NCBI GenBank assembly: GCA_036679605.1
Contig: JAZDCZ010000289.1
Location: forward strand, 32,001 to 96,000
Length of the DNA: 64,000 nt
Direction: 5' to 3'
From: Gemmatimonadota bacterium
GTDB lineage: Bacteria > Gemmatimonadota > Gemmatimonadetes > Gemmatimonadales > GWC2-71-9
The notes under the pieces were generated by a model. The model saw nothing but the letters and a program-made list of their open reading frames with translations, was not told the origin of the DNA and did no database searches. A program made the position numbers and the translations under genes. How positions within the stretch are numbered: the first letter of the stretch is position 1; every line of letters starts with the position of its first letter. Shown one piece after another: positions 20,352 through 31,547 of the stretch.

Positions 20352-22076
20352 TTGCCGTTAAACAGAGCTGTGGGCATGTTCTGCCTGTCAGCAATCGTGG
20401 CCAGTTGCGAGCCGTCGACCTTTACCGAGGCACGGGATCAACTCGGACGTGGTGGACAGCGCATTGTAGAGTTTCTGGTTCCGGTCATAGATACCGCGTT
20501 CACGATTGATAATCTGCTCGATTCTACTCTTGTCGACACCACTGCGTCGGGCCTCCTGGCCGTCAGGATTGATCCTGAGTCGCTAACAGTGGACGTAGGC
20601 GAAAAGCTCGACTTCCAGAACATTGTTTTCGATGATTTCGTTCTCAACTTGTCAGCCGTGCAGTTGGGTGTGCCGGCAGGTACTCAAATTCCTGTAAGCG
20701 GTGCCTATTCGGCGCTGGCTTCCGATACGGTTCTCGACGCGATTGACACAGTGCTGGTCAACAGCGGGACTCTGTCTATCACGACACTCAACAAGCTACC
20801 AGTCAGTTTGTCGTACACCATAACCCTGAACGGCTTTGTCGCTCCGGGAGGTGGTTCGCTGTCGGGTGCCAGCGTTGTGCCAGCTGCACCAGGCGATGGC
20901 TCGTTTACCAGCGACGTTCTCAATTTCAATCTCGCCGGTGTGGCGATAGTGCCGGCGGTCGTCCAGGCGTTGGTTTCCGGCACGATTACCGTCGGTGGCA
21001 CGCCTATACCTGGAGGGCTGGGGGATAGCGCTCTGGTTCAAACGGGCACAATTCCGACCCTCAAGGTAGAGGCCCTGTCGGGGCCTTTGGACCCTACGCA
21101 GACTCCAGAACTCATTGTCTCGGTGGAGGAGAGTAGCGAGGTACCAAGAGGCAACGTTGCTGGGTTCAGTGATCTGGAAGATGCGATCAAGGGATCGACC
21201 TTGAACGACGCATCTATTCTCCTAATCGTTGATAACTCGTCGAATGCACCTGCGGTGCTGTCCGGTTTCAATCTTGGCGTTGTGAAACTCGACCTGTTCG
21301 GCAACGTTCCGCGCGACGGATCGGGAAATCCGGTGTTCGAGGTCGACTCACTGGGTAATCCGATTCTCGTGCCCGTGGTAGACGTGGGGCAAACTACACT
21401 GACGCTGGCACGCGCGTCGTCCAACTCCGTGACACTGGCAGCTGCGGCACTGGTAGATCGCCTGATCAAATTGGTGCTGAATGACGATCGGGCATCAGTG
21501 GTCGCGACGGGGTCAATCAGAATCGGGGATGGCGCACAGAGCCGCATCGCTCGAACGGATACAGTGAATGTGCGGTTCGATCTGACGGTGGGGCTCGACA
21601 TAACGATTCCAGATACGGGTGTCGTGTTTACCCGTAACACGATCGAGGACGGGGCCGCTTTCAACCAGACCGATGCGGATCAATTGACCGACCGCATGAT
21701 ATCTGCGATCTCCACGACCGATGCTGTGAACCGAACTCCGTTCGGAGCACAGATCGAGATCGCCTTCGTGTCTGGCGATGTGGGCGACGCGGACGTGTTT
21801 GTTGCTCCCGGAGCAATTATTCTGGCCCCGGTTGTATTGGATCCGCCCACAGTCGATGCGCAGGGCATCGTCGTGCAGCCCAGCATGAGCACACTGGTGA
21901 TCATACTTACGGCCGACGACGTCCGACAGCTGCTGGATCAGCAATTTACGGCCGGCGTGAGAGTGCGTTTGATGCGGGCGCCGGGAGGGTCAGGGCGTGG
22001 AGCGATCCGTGCTTCGGATGAAGTCGGCGTCAAAGCTAGGGTGGCCATCAAACTGCAATCCGGGTCCACTCCGTGA
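20352..22076 (+). CDS. hypothetical beta-rich lipoprotein
   Basis: Long open frame (track start 20247). Lipobox IVASC suggests a start at TTG 20352 or ATG 20376. Val/Thr/Gly-rich. Confidence 0.72.
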   Translation: MPLNRAVGMFCLSAIVASCEPSTFTEARDQLGRGGQRIVEFLVPVIDTAFTIDNLLDSTLVDTTASGLLAVRIDPESLTVDVGEKLDFQNIVFDDFVLNLSAVQLGVPAGTQIPVSGAYSALASDTVLDAIDTVLVNSGTLSITTLNKLPVSLSYTITLNGFVAPGGGSLSGASVVPAAPGDGSFTSDVLNFNLAGVAIVPAVVQALVSGTITVGGTPIPGGLGDSALVQTGTIPTLKVEALSGPLDPTQTPELIVSVEESSEVPRGNVAGFSDLEDAIKGSTLNDASILLIVDNSSNAPAVLSGFNLGVVKLDLFGNVPRDGSGNPVFEVDSLGNPILVPVVDVGQTTLTLARASSNSVTLAAAALVDRLIKLVLNDDRASVVATGSIRIGDGAQSRIARTDTVNVRFDLTVGLDITIPDTGVVFTRNTIEDGAAFNQTDADQLTDRMISAISTTDAVNRTPFGAQIEIAFVSGDVGDADVFVAPGAIILAPVVLDPPTVDAQGIVVQPSMSTLVIILTADDVRQLLDQQFTAGVRVRLMRAPGGSGRGAIRASDEVGVKARVAIKLQSGSTP

Positions 22077-23347
22077 AGATAACTGTGCTGGTAGTGATGG
22101 TCGGGGCTCTGGTACTCACGGCTGACCTTTCAGCCCAGGCGGTACCGGAGCGCTCGCAGGCATCACGAATCGATCCCGGATACCTGCGATCTCCCCACAC
22201 TCGAGTTGACCCTTTCAGGCACATCATGATTCCGCATTGGGGCCTGGTGTTTTCAGCGGGCGGTTCAGCCGAGAACAACTGGATCAACTTCAATGATGCG
22301 GGTGCCCTCAAGTTCTTGAGTGATAGGGATAGCTTGGCGCTCGGCGACGCTATTGATGTTTTGGGTTTGATACCGAAAGGGGAAGGCCTTGGCGGGAATC
22401 TTGAGGGGGAGGGCGGATTGTATTTCGGGGGGCCGTTCGGCAGACACCTCAGCATCGGTATATCGGTACAGGGCAGGGGATACGGCGGCGGAGAAGTAGA
22501 CGAAAATGCCGTGGCTCTATTTCGCGACGGGAACGCTGCGAGACAGTCTTTTTCCTTGGGCAATTCCCGCAGTGAGGCATTGGCTTCTGTTGAGGCCGGT
22601 GCTCACGCCCTGATTAGGTTTGGGCCAATCGGTTCAGTGGACGGGGTGCATGTAACACTGGGGTTTGGCGGGCGATACATAAAGCCACTGGGCTACATTC
22701 GCGGTCGTTCAGTCATTTCGAACGGCGGCACCATCCAGGTTACCACTGATACCGTTTCGGCGCGGATCGAAATCGAGACGGTTCACACACCGGAATTTGA
22801 ATTCGATCGCGGGTCCGGCGCAGCCGGCGATTTTCTTGTGCGTCTCGAGTGGCCGACATCTGGTCTTGCGCTGGAGGCGATGGTTGCGAACGTAGGTAAG
22901 GTGACAATCAATGGGCTGGAACGACGCACTCTGTCTCTCGATCTCAAGACTACGAAACTGAGTGAGGTGAACGATGTTCTGGATACTCTCGGCCTAGAAG
23001 TTCAAGACACCGTCGGTGTCGATGTCACACTGCCCACTATCGTGAGGTTCTCGGGCAGTGCGTGGGCCAACCGGATATTGCAGCTGGATGTGAGTACGAC
23101 ACTTGCTTACACGGGCAGCTTCGAGATACCACTCACGGTCGATCTCGGATCCACTTGGCGGTTTGTGCGTACAATGCCCATTCGATTGGGACTAGTCTTC
23201 GGAGGACATCAGAAGCTGGGATACACGGCAGGGTTTGGTCTGGAGACCCGGCACTTCCTCTGGCGTGTATCGGGGGGATCGCTCGGTGGACTACTTGATG
23301 ACGCCAAGGGCGTTTCAGGCCTCGTCGAATTCGGGCTTTTCTTCTAG
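22073..23347 (+). CDS. hypothetical outer-membrane beta-barrel protein
   Basis: GTGA overlap with the upstream gene, signal peptide, Gly/aromatic beta-strands, C-terminal FF. Confidence 0.72.
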   Translation: MKITVLVVMVGALVLTADLSAQAVPERSQASRIDPGYLRSPHTRVDPFRHIMIPHWGLVFSAGGSAENNWINFNDAGALKFLSDRDSLALGDAIDVLGLIPKGEGLGGNLEGEGGLYFGGPFGRHLSIGISVQGRGYGGGEVDENAVALFRDGNAARQSFSLGNSRSEALASVEAGAHALIRFGPIGSVDGVHVTLGFGGRYIKPLGYIRGRSVISNGGTIQVTTDTVSARIEIETVHTPEFEFDRGSGAAGDFLVRLEWPTSGLALEAMVANVGKVTINGLERRTLSLDLKTTKLSEVNDVLDTLGLEVQDTVGVDVTLPTIVRFSGSAWANRILQLDVSTTLAYTGSFEIPLTVDLGSTWRFVRTMPIRLGLVFGGHQKLGYTAGFGLETRHFLWRVSGGSLGGLLDDAKGVSGLVEFGLFF

Positions 23348-23378
23348 TCCCATATCAGCATTATGTTGCGCTCCCTTT

Positions 23379-23693
23379 CTAAAAGATTCCGCTGCGAGCC
23401 AATTTCCACAGAGACACAATTCGGTCGAAACCGGTAATAAGCTGATCGGCAAGCATGGGGGACGGAGGTTGAGCCAGAGCCTCTTTCATTGTCCGTGCTA
23501 TGCGCGGGAGTTCCCTATTCTGGCTCTTGGCATTTTGCTCCAGGATCGAGTCAATGATCTGACCGAGCCGCTGTCGCTCAGCTTCGTCGTCTGGGACCTG
23601 AAACAGATATGTCGCGATCTGCTGTCCCTCGAAGCAGAGTCTGCCAAGAAGGTCGACGTTTCTGGGTCCGCTGTTTTGCAAGGTGCTCAACAT
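23379..23693 (-). CDS. hypothetical helical protein
   Basis: 104 aa with AGAGGA RBS. Fills the gap between convergent and divergent neighbours. Confidence 0.65.
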   Translation of the reverse strand: MLSTLQNSGPRNVDLLGRLCFEGQQIATYLFQVPDDEAERQRLGQIIDSILEQNAKSQNRELPRIARTMKEALAQPPSPMLADQLITGFDRIVSLWKLARSGIF

Positions 23694-23945
23694 GATATTC
23701 CTCTGGCTGTCTTGCGCCCGTTTCTAGGGTCGTACAGCCATAGGTAGCAAGACGGATACCACCGTATCACGAGTCAATGAGAGCAACCTAAGTTATTGAC
23801 AATACAGTCGTTACAGTTCGGCATTCAGGTGCTCAAGTGGGCGGACATGTTTTTTTGCCAGAAGCACCGCATTCCGCCCAGGTTCTAGGAACGGATTGCC
23901 GTGAAGGCTTCAATCGCAGGTCAGGCGAGTGTATTCTCTTTGCCA

Positions 23946-25010
23946 ATGACTAAGAATACGACCAAGACCATGATCGCATGTGGCCTGCTGGCTGCCTGTT
24001 TGCAGGGATGTTCGGGCGAGCAGGGGCCTGGTGTGTCCCATGCACCAGAGGAGGGGGAGAAGTTTTTTGCCAACCTTACCCAACTGACTTTCGGGGGTCA
24101 GAACGCTGAAGCCTACTTCTCGCCAGACGGCACGAGCCTGATTTTTCAGAGGCAGGATGAAGACAATGCTTGTGACCAGCAGTTTGTGATGAATCTGGAC
24201 GGCACCAACGTGAGACGAGTATCGAGCGGGCAAGGTCGGACGACGTGCGGATATTTCTACGATGCCGGCGCACGCATCCTCTATTCGAGCACGTTCCATG
24301 ACAGTGGCGAATGCCCCGCTCCGCCAGATCGTAGTCGCGGGTATGTGTGGGGCCTGTTCAACTTCGATATCTACACATCGCTACCCGATGGAAGTGATCT
24401 CAGGCGGCTAACCACTACCGATGGGTACACGGCGGAGGCAACGCTTTCGCCCGACGGGAATACGATCGTTTTTACGTCGGTGATGGACGGTGACTTGGAG
24501 ATCTATACGATGAAGGTCGACGGGTCCGGTATCCGCAGACTTACGGAAACACCGGGATACGACGGCGGTCCGTTTTTTTCGCCCGACGGCAGTATGATCG
24601 TCTACCGCGGTTGGCATCCCACGGACCCTCAGGCACTCGCTGACTATCGGGAACTGCTTGCCGATGGTTTGGTGAAGCCTGCCCGGATGGAGATTTGGGT
24701 CATGCAGGCCGATGGATCGGGCCAACGCCAGGTCACCGATCTGGGAGGAGCCAACTTTGCGCCATATTTTCACCCGGACGGCCGCCGAATCATCTTTGCC
24801 TCAAACCACAAGGATCCGCGTGGCCGCGACTTTGATCTCTACCTAGTTGGTGTCGATGGAACGGGACTTACGCAGGTGACAACGCATGGGGACTTCGACG
24901 GTTTTCCCATGTTCTCGCCGGACGGTACGAAACTGGTATTTGCCTCGAATCGTAAGGGTAGAGTGGATGGCGAGACGAACATCTTCGTAGCGGATTGGGT
25001 AGAGCCGTGA
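23946..25010 (+). CDS. TolB-like PD40-repeat lipoprotein
   Basis: Lipobox LQGC, QLTFGGQNAEAYFSPDG and repeated FSPDG/FHPDG motifs. Start uncertain (track 23901). Confidence 0.88.
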   Translation: MTKNTTKTMIACGLLAACLQGCSGEQGPGVSHAPEEGEKFFANLTQLTFGGQNAEAYFSPDGTSLIFQRQDEDNACDQQFVMNLDGTNVRRVSSGQGRTTCGYFYDAGARILYSSTFHDSGECPAPPDRSRGYVWGLFNFDIYTSLPDGSDLRRLTTTDGYTAEATLSPDGNTIVFTSVMDGDLEIYTMKVDGSGIRRLTETPGYDGGPFFSPDGSMIVYRGWHPTDPQALADYRELLADGLVKPARMEIWVMQADGSGQRQVTDLGGANFAPYFHPDGRRIIFASNHKDPRGRDFDLYLVGVDGTGLTQVTTHGDFDGFPMFSPDGTKLVFASNRKGRVDGETNIFVADWVEP

Positions 25011-25035
25011 GAAACTCCATGGGAAATATGGTGAC

Positions 25036-25743
25036 ATGACCGAACGTACTAAAGGAAAGTCTGCGGGACGGTGGATGTGGGAATGGATGAAGTCGATTGC
25101 CATAGCGTTGGTGATATGGTTTTTCCTGCGAGCGCTGTTAGTCCAGGCCTTCCGGATCCCGTCGCCGAGTATGGAAAACACCCTGCTCATTGGGGACTTC
25201 TTGTTTGTGAACAAGGCGCTTTACGGTGCTGAGATCCCAATCGTTGGGAAGCGTCTGCCGGCCATCCGCGAACCCCGACGGTCCGATGTCATTGTTTTCG
25301 ATTCGCCAGAGACGATCGGGATGAATGTTGTGAAGCGAATCGTTGGTATGCCGGGCGACACGCTCTCGATGGTAGATAATCAGATCTATGTAGATGGAGT
25401 TGCTGCGCTCGAGCCATTTGCCAAGAAGGAAGATCCGACAGCCAACCCGCAGGATCCGAGGATGCGAGATTGGCAGCTCAAGTATCTAGTCGGAAGGGAG
25501 CCAAAGGACTATCGGCCGTCACTCAAGAACTGGGGTCCACTGATCGTTCCGCCCGACTCGTTCTTTGTCATGGGAGACAACCGGGACAACTCTTATGACA
25601 GCAGGTACTGGGGATTTCTAGGGCGAAACCGCATTGATGGTCGGCCGCTATTTATCTACTACAGCTATGACAAGAACGGCGTACTGCCCCTGCCGTTTCT
25701 CACTGCGATTCGCTGGAGGAGGATTTTCTCGGTTCCGGATTGA
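25036..25743 (+). CDS. lepB: signal peptidase I
   Basis: AFRIPSPSMENTLLIGD, VVKRIVGMPGD, MGDNRDNSYDSRYWG. Confidence 0.96.
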   Translation: MTERTKGKSAGRWMWEWMKSIAIALVIWFFLRALLVQAFRIPSPSMENTLLIGDFLFVNKALYGAEIPIVGKRLPAIREPRRSDVIVFDSPETIGMNVVKRIVGMPGDTLSMVDNQIYVDGVAALEPFAKKEDPTANPQDPRMRDWQLKYLVGREPKDYRPSLKNWGPLIVPPDSFFVMGDNRDNSYDSRYWGFLGRNRIDGRPLFIYYSYDKNGVLPLPFLTAIRWRRIFSVPD

Positions 25744-25764
25744 CGAACTGACTGGCGAGTCTAA

Positions 25765-26016
25765 CTACGTGGCCTCGCGCTCCGACGGCTGAGTGACGCT
25801 TCCGGGAATGTACATAGCCTGGCGGCCACACTTGCCGCACCGAAGCAGGATCTGACGGTGGGCGCTCCACCGGCTGGCACCTACTCGTCTTTTCGGTGTT
25901 CGTTCGATAGTTGGGTGCCCGCACGATGGACATGCTAGTGACTCGCGATCTCTGTCTGCCAAGATCAGTTCGAGCGCTTCGGATGGTCGGTATTCTTTGA
26001 TCCCGCGTCGGCCCAA
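25765..26016 (-). CDS. small Zn-ribbon protein
   Basis: CPSCG...CGKCG. Start uncertain. Confidence 0.55.
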   Translation of the reverse strand: MGRRGIKEYRPSEALELILADRDRESLACPSCGHPTIERTPKRRVGASRWSAHRQILLRCGKCGRQAMYIPGSVTQPSEREAT

Positions 26017-26150
26017 GCTCCACCCCCATTGCTTTTATAGAGAGGAGGGAATCTACTCGCCGCAGTCTACTGTGGCAAATTCGGACCCTTGACGGCGAGT
26101 AGATTGGACATATCTCTCTCTAGACCACCCCTAGTTGGGAAGGTCGCGAT

Positions 26151-26426
26151 ATGGATGGCTCAATGAAGGATCAGGAGGGTTTCCTCCCTGTGGCGAAGGT
26201 CGAGGTGGACTCAGCGAGGTCGGTAGTTTCGGGTTTTGTTCTGGAGGGCAGGGGCGCAGACGGCTCCATGTACCGGCTGGACATGCATCTCGAAATGCCA
26301 TTAGACCGACGCACCCAGACCGTCTTGGGCGAGATGCTGGTGCAGTCGGTGTGGGACATTTCCAGGAAAACGCCACGACTGAGGACCAAGAGGCCCAAAC
26401 GCAACCGCAGATCGGTAGGAAAGTAA
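26151..26426 (+). CDS. hypothetical protein
   Basis: 91 aa with protein-like composition and GGAAGG upstream. Confidence 0.6.
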   Translation: MDGSMKDQEGFLPVAKVEVDSARSVVSGFVLEGRGADGSMYRLDMHLEMPLDRRTQTVLGEMLVQSVWDISRKTPRLRTKRPKRNRRSVGK

Positions 26427-26564
26427 CTGGTCCCAACTCGGCTGCTCAGGTCTAACTTGTTGCAAGTAAATTAGTTGGGCGGAGTACCGTTGGATAAGGG
26501 ATGGGTTGACGTGGATATTGCGACCCGCTAGCTTGCCGCGCAATTAACCACCTAGGAGTTCTGC

Positions 26565-27023
26565 ATGGCGGCTGAGCTAGGTAGCTCGCAGCTTTCTTCC
26601 CTGTTGGAAGCCGTCCCCGGTCTGGCAAGCGTTCTACGGAGTTCGGTAGCTGACGCTATCGTGAACCTGATCCGCGCCGGGGCTGGTCTCGACAAGTTCA
26701 GAATAGAAGATGCTCAAGAGCTAGTCCAATACGCTACGCGGCGCAGCCTGATCAATGATTCCGAGGGATCTGACCTGATGGATGAGATAGCTGCCGCAGT
26801 CGGCCGGCGTCCTCGCAGGAAGTCCGAGAAGCCCCGCAAGAAGAAAACTGTCAAGAAGGCAAAAGTTGTGGCGCAGGCGTACAAGAAAAAGGCTGCGTAC
26901 CAGCAGGTAAAGCGAACTAAGTCGACGAAGAGCACGAAAAAGAAATCTGCCAAGAACGTCAGCAAAGCAACGAAGAAAACTGCCAAAAGCACTGCCAAGA
27001 AGACCGCGAAAAAGAAACGTTAG
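26565..27023 (+). CDS. hypothetical protein with Lys/Ala-rich histone H1-like C-terminal tail
   Basis: AGGAG RBS. C-terminal ~70 aa dominated by K/A/T/S ([16 protein letters not shown]). Confidence 0.8.
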   Translation: MAAELGSSQLSSLLEAVPGLASVLRSSVADAIVNLIRAGAGLDKFRIEDAQELVQYATRRSLINDSEGSDLMDEIAAAVGRRPRRKSEKPRKKKTVKKAKVVAQAYKKKAAYQQVKRTKSTKSTKKKSAKNVSKATKKTAKSTAKKTAKKKR

Positions 27024-28723
27024 GTGCGGAACAATTGGACCAGCGACTGCAGGTGTTCGGCAGCTTGAGATAGTTCAGCACTTCTAGCAGCCATCTCTTC
27101 GGTTGATGCCTTCTGCTGGCCGATCGTCGAAGCCACATTGCCGCTTGACTCGGCACGCTCCGTGGCAGCGTCTGCCGCATCAGATAGGACTCGGCGTACC
27201 TCCTCGACTGACTCCAGGTTGCTCTGAGCGGTGTCCGAAATGTGGCGGGTCTCGTTGTCGATTTTCTGCACAGCTTCGACCATCTGGTCCAGGATCTTAA
27301 CGGAATCGCCGGCAGTTGAACCCACTCCACGCACCTTTGACCGACTCAACTCCATCGTCTTGACGATCTCGGCCACCTGATCGCGCACGCGCTTGATTGC
27401 GCCGGATACTTCCTCCGCCGCTTGGGCGCTTGAGTCGGCCAGCTGCCGAACTTCGTCGGCAACGACGGCGAAGCCTATCCCCTTCTCGCCTGCCCTAGCA
27501 GCCTCAATCGCTGCGTTCAGGGCAAGGAGATTGGTCTGAGATGAGATCTGTTTGATGAGGTCAACGAATCTATAGATTGGCTCGGAGAGTTCTTCGAGTT
27601 CCTCGATCTGGCCGCCTGTTGTCTTCACAAGAGTGCCCACTGCAGCCAATGATGAGTGCGCTGTTTCCATGTCATACCGATAGGTTCGAGCCAATTCCCG
27701 GATGTCGGTACTCAGGTCGACTAGTTGCTTGCCGCCGCGGTCAGCGTCTTCGACGAAGCTCTGGAGTCCCTTGGCCTGTGCAATGCCAGCTTTCAGATCC
27801 GATGTTTGAAGGGCGGCTACCTCCGCCATATGACCCATTGCTGTTGAAACATCGCTAGTCGCGCCGGAAACCTGCTGTCCGATGCTCGATATGTTGTCGG
27901 CCGTTTCCGCTATGCGTTCGCTTTCGTTCACGACTTCGCTAACTACGGTCCTCAGCGTTTCACCCAGCCTACCCATGGCTGTACCCAAATCTGCTAATTC
28001 GTCTGGCATGCTACCCAACACGACGGGCCGAAGGTCACCATCTCCGAATTTTTGAGCCGCGGCCGCCAGTCGTGTCAGAGGGCGCTCAACTGATCGAAGG
28101 GTGGCAAGGCCTATCGAGATTCCTACGAATATGGAAGCGACAAGAACAGTCCAAACCATGAGTTCTCTTTCGCGTGCCGTTTCTTCAAGTTCGCGCGACG
28201 AAGCGGCGGCACGCGTCTCCTGATCGCGGGAAAAATTTCTTACTAGGTCTATGAGATTGCCCGTACGCGAGCGAGCTAGCGCAGCGGTCGCGAGCGCAGC
28301 AGCACTCCGTCCGATATCCACCTGTGCGTGCGCTAGACTGTACAAGGCCTCGGCTTCAGTTTGGAGGGCTGCTATACGCCCTAGCGCGAGTCTGCCAGAG
28401 AGACTCATTTGCGGTAAGGTCATTAGGCGCTGCTGAACCCGATGACTGGCTTCCCCGGCATTCACAAAAGATCGCCCTGTCTCGGATGAACCGTTGGTAA
28501 AGTACTCTTCGGCCGCTTGCATTTCTTCGAGCAGCGTTAGGAGCAGCTCGCTGCTCTCGGTTGAAATTCGCGCTAGTGTAGTCGTTTCGCGTGTTACGGT
28601 GTTACGAACCGTACGCAACGCAGCGATACCCAAGAGGGCGACGACAACCAGACCGGTTATCAGGATGCCTTCTCCTATGGCAATGCGTGCCTGGATCGTG
28701 TTGAGAGCGAGTCGTGGTCTCAT
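27020..28723 (-). CDS. methyl-accepting chemotaxis protein
   Basis: Two TMs, a HAMP-like region and [34 protein letters not shown]. Confidence 0.95.
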   Translation of the reverse strand: MRPRLALNTIQARIAIGEGILITGLVVVALLGIAALRTVRNTVTRETTTLARISTESSELLLTLLEEMQAAEEYFTNGSSETGRSFVNAGEASHRVQQRLMTLPQMSLSGRLALGRIAALQTEAEALYSLAHAQVDIGRSAAALATAALARSRTGNLIDLVRNFSRDQETRAAASSRELEETARERELMVWTVLVASIFVGISIGLATLRSVERPLTRLAAAAQKFGDGDLRPVVLGSMPDELADLGTAMGRLGETLRTVVSEVVNESERIAETADNISSIGQQVSGATSDVSTAMGHMAEVAALQTSDLKAGIAQAKGLQSFVEDADRGGKQLVDLSTDIRELARTYRYDMETAHSSLAAVGTLVKTTGGQIEELEELSEPIYRFVDLIKQISSQTNLLALNAAIEAARAGEKGIGFAVVADEVRQLADSSAQAAEEVSGAIKRVRDQVAEIVKTMELSRSKVRGVGSTAGDSVKILDQMVEAVQKIDNETRHISDTAQSNLESVEEVRRVLSDAADAATERAESSGNVASTIGQQKASTEEMAARSAELSQAAEHLQSLVQLFRT

Positions 28724-29853
28724 GGCACAGGGACTGTTGTGAGTTGTCCGTCGCGGACGATCCCGATCGTCACATTCTTGCCGAACGCATCTCCTTCCGA
28801 ATTGAATGCAATGCGTCCGGTAACTCCTTCGAATGGCCGAATCCGGGTCCCTACTCGAGACAAGAAATCACGTATGTCGGTTCTATTGGTACCAGCCGCT
28901 TCGATGGCGTGTGCCAGTAGCTTTACGATATCGTACGCTGCGGCAGCGCTTTCGGTGGGCATGCTCTTACCGTAGACCCTGGTGTACGAGCCTACGAATG
29001 CCCGGTTAGGTCTGCGGGGATGGGAAGGCAAGTAAGCAGTCGATATGAAGAAATTCTCGATTGAGTCTGCGAACAGCGGGCCCAACAGCTCGTCCGTACC
29101 GAACAAAACCGGATGGGTACCAACCGTGTCGAGGGCCGCGATCACATTCAGGACACCGCCACCAATTCTCGCCAAGATCAGTGCTCTGACCCCACCACGC
29201 TTCTGCATTCTCGCGAGGTAAGGCTCCAATGTTGGGAGGCTCTCCGAGTAGGGATCTTCCGCAACCACCTTTCCGCCCAGCCGTTCAAATGTGCTTCGGA
29301 ACGACGCCGCAACGCTACGGCCAGTGGGGTCATCACGAAAGATGATTCCAGCAGGTTGATTCCCGATGAGATCGTGCGCTCGCTCAGCGAGCCTGGTTCC
29401 GTGCAGCATGTCATCTGCGGCGATTCGGAATGTGTACGAGCCGAGCTTTCCAATGCCAGGAGCCGACGCGGATGGCGACACCGAGACAATCGGCTTTGAT
29501 CCACCGTTATAGATAGGGGCGGCTGCCGCCGTCGTATTGCTGCTCAGATGACCAATGACGGCTACTACACGGTCGTCATCATACAGCGAACGCGCTACTC
29601 TTGCGGCGGTGTCATCTCGACCCGAGTCGTCATGGACGACTAGCTCAACACGCTGTCCGAGCAGACCGCCAGCTTGGTTGATCTCAGAGACTGCGAGTTC
29701 GGCGCCCAGTTGCATGGACCTACCGCGTTGTTGCGAGACGGGGCCGGCCAATCCGAAGAGAATCGGTTCTTTGGATCTGTCGCATGACAGGGACACCGCC
29801 GCAAGAAAGATCGGCAGTGTTCGAATTGGAATGAAGATTCGACGCTTCGCCAT
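28720..29853 (-). CDS. LivK/branched-chain amino acid-type periplasmic substrate-binding lipoprotein
   Basis: Start moved to ATG 29853 (lipobox SLSC). [34 protein letters not shown]. Confidence 0.88.
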   Translation of the reverse strand: MAKRRIFIPIRTLPIFLAAVSLSCDRSKEPILFGLAGPVSQQRGRSMQLGAELAVSEINQAGGLLGQRVELVVHDDSGRDDTAARVARSLYDDDRVVAVIGHLSSNTTAAAAPIYNGGSKPIVSVSPSASAPGIGKLGSYTFRIAADDMLHGTRLAERAHDLIGNQPAGIIFRDDPTGRSVAASFRSTFERLGGKVVAEDPYSESLPTLEPYLARMQKRGGVRALILARIGGGVLNVIAALDTVGTHPVLFGTDELLGPLFADSIENFFISTAYLPSHPRRPNRAFVGSYTRVYGKSMPTESAAAAYDIVKLLAHAIEAAGTNRTDIRDFLSRVGTRIRPFEGVTGRIAFNSEGDAFGKNVTIGIVRDGQLTTVPVP

Positions 29854-29933
29854 TGTCGCGCACATTAGTATCGAGTGAGTCGTGGCGCAACGGACGGCCT
29901 CGCCCAAAGGGGTCCTGGGATTAGATTGGTGGT

Positions 29934-30791
29934 ATGGGCGGACCCGTATATCGTTTCGCCGAGGCTCTTCGAACCCTGCTGGTCTCCGGTTCAGTAGAGG
30001 ACCTCGAAACCAGCTGGACAAACCTGAATATAGAAGCTGTGGGATGGCAGGCCCTGGCGCAGGCGCGCCGCCGAGACGTACGGTCTTGGGAGTGGGCCCT
30101 CCGAGAAGTAGACGGCCTATTGCTTCGGCTGCTCCACCGGGTTTCTCGTATGGCCGACGCCTCGGAGCCGGCGTGGGTACGTCTTGCGACGTTCCGAGTC
30201 CCAGCGTTGGAACGGCTCCAGCATGCCACTGCGGCTTGCTTGGCCGGCCAGCGCTTTGGCCTCGCCGGTCTTCACACGGTTAGTGAGGACCGTTCGGCCC
30301 CTCTGGCGCGGAGGTACTTCGCGTTCTTGGCACTTGCCGAGCGGCATCCGCTTGGGGACTGGCCTGTTTTTGCCAGATACCTAGCGCCAGGAGTCCATCA
30401 CGCATTTCTCGGTACTGCTGCAGAAGCGGCGCGGTTTTATCCGGAATGTGGTACGGTGGACGCCCTGGTGGAGTTGTTCCAGAAGGTCTGGTCGGATCTC
30501 CCGTTACGGGCGTTCTTGGGCCCGCGCATTCTCAAGTCCCTTCACTTCATTGCGGAGCGATCGACTCTCCCGTTTCTGAGACAGCTTCTCGTCGTGGGTC
30601 ACACCGCGAGGGATCCTGAGCATTGCGAGATTACTCGGGCTCTCGTGATCGTGAGACGGTTAACGGGTAAGGTCGAGGCCAGTAGCAAGTTCCCGGATCA
30701 CAAGCTTGACGCGGTCGCGTCAATATTGGAGGCTGCGACGAACGCTTTCGATGAGTATCGAGATGTATTCAGTCCGATCTCGGTTATCTGA
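29934..30791 (+). CDS. hypothetical helical protein
   Basis: 285 aa ORF divergent from the binding-protein gene. Confidence 0.72.
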   Translation: MGGPVYRFAEALRTLLVSGSVEDLETSWTNLNIEAVGWQALAQARRRDVRSWEWALREVDGLLLRLLHRVSRMADASEPAWVRLATFRVPALERLQHATAACLAGQRFGLAGLHTVSEDRSAPLARRYFAFLALAERHPLGDWPVFARYLAPGVHHAFLGTAAEAARFYPECGTVDALVELFQKVWSDLPLRAFLGPRILKSLHFIAERSTLPFLRQLLVVGHTARDPEHCEITRALVIVRRLTGKVEASSKFPDHKLDAVASILEAATNAFDEYRDVFSPISVI

Positions 30792-30797
30792 TCGCGG

Positions 30798-31433
30798 CTA
30801 GTTGGACGGTGCTCGGAACACCCTTCTCAGGATCAAAGTGCCCTTCTCTTCATCCGTTTCTTCAAAAAGGAGCGAGTTCCCGCCCGGATCGTAGCGGGCA
30901 GTCCACTCCAAGGAGTCGGGTAACCAGGTAAACGTGATGATGCGAGTGAATCGGTCCCACTCACCCTCGACCCAGCTTCCTTCCGGAAACCACCTCCACC
31001 GTGCAATGCCGTTGCGAAACATCGAAAGTTCCACAGGGCGATCACTCTTCCCTAGAGGCGTGCCGAGCCAGCGTCCCCAGAGTGGCCTAGCCAACGGATC
31101 TTGCGCGGTCATCGTAATGATCTTGCCCTCGTCCGTGGTGAGCAGTAGCCGGTTGAATGCAAATCGATAGCTAACCGCAAACGATGTGTCTCCGATCGCC
31201 ACGATTGAGTCATCGGACACGACGAAATCGAGCACGTGTGAATCATTCAAGATGAGCATGGTGTCGCCGTAGAATTCCAGGTGCATCGGGCGACCCATGT
31301 GGGTTCCAACCCATCGTGTCAGGAGAGAATCTGTGTGCTGAGCCTGGATATCCTGAGCCAGGAGAGCGATTCCCAGTGCTAGGCAACAGATTCTTGGCAA
31401 GATGATGTGTTGAGACAGATAGTGGAGTGCCAA
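30798..31433 (-). CDS. hypothetical secreted protein (two lipocalin-like 'L.g.W.G' repeats)
   Basis: Signal-like segment ending IQA, LLTRWVGT and LWGRWLGT repeats. Start uncertain. Confidence 0.68.
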   Translation of the reverse strand: MALHYLSQHIILPRICCLALGIALLAQDIQAQHTDSLLTRWVGTHMGRPMHLEFYGDTMLILNDSHVLDFVVSDDSIVAIGDTSFAVSYRFAFNRLLLTTDEGKIITMTAQDPLARPLWGRWLGTPLGKSDRPVELSMFRNGIARWRWFPEGSWVEGEWDRFTRIITFTWLPDSLEWTARYDPGGNSLLFEETDEEKGTLILRRVFRAPSN

Positions 31434-31547
31434 GGACCTTCACCTCGTGGCGATTAGCGACACTAGGAAATTGGTGGAGCTTGCGGTCCGGCGCAACGCT
31501 TCGCGATCTTTTGGCTGTCCTCCAGTTGCGGTTATCTTCCAATAGTC

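Noticed and set aside
19295..20377. 360-aa minus-strand ORF
   Set aside because: Antisense to the highly conserved pruA and has no motifs.
29854..30021. N-terminal extension of the substrate-binding protein
   Set aside because: It overlaps the divergent gene, and the lipobox fits a start at 29853.
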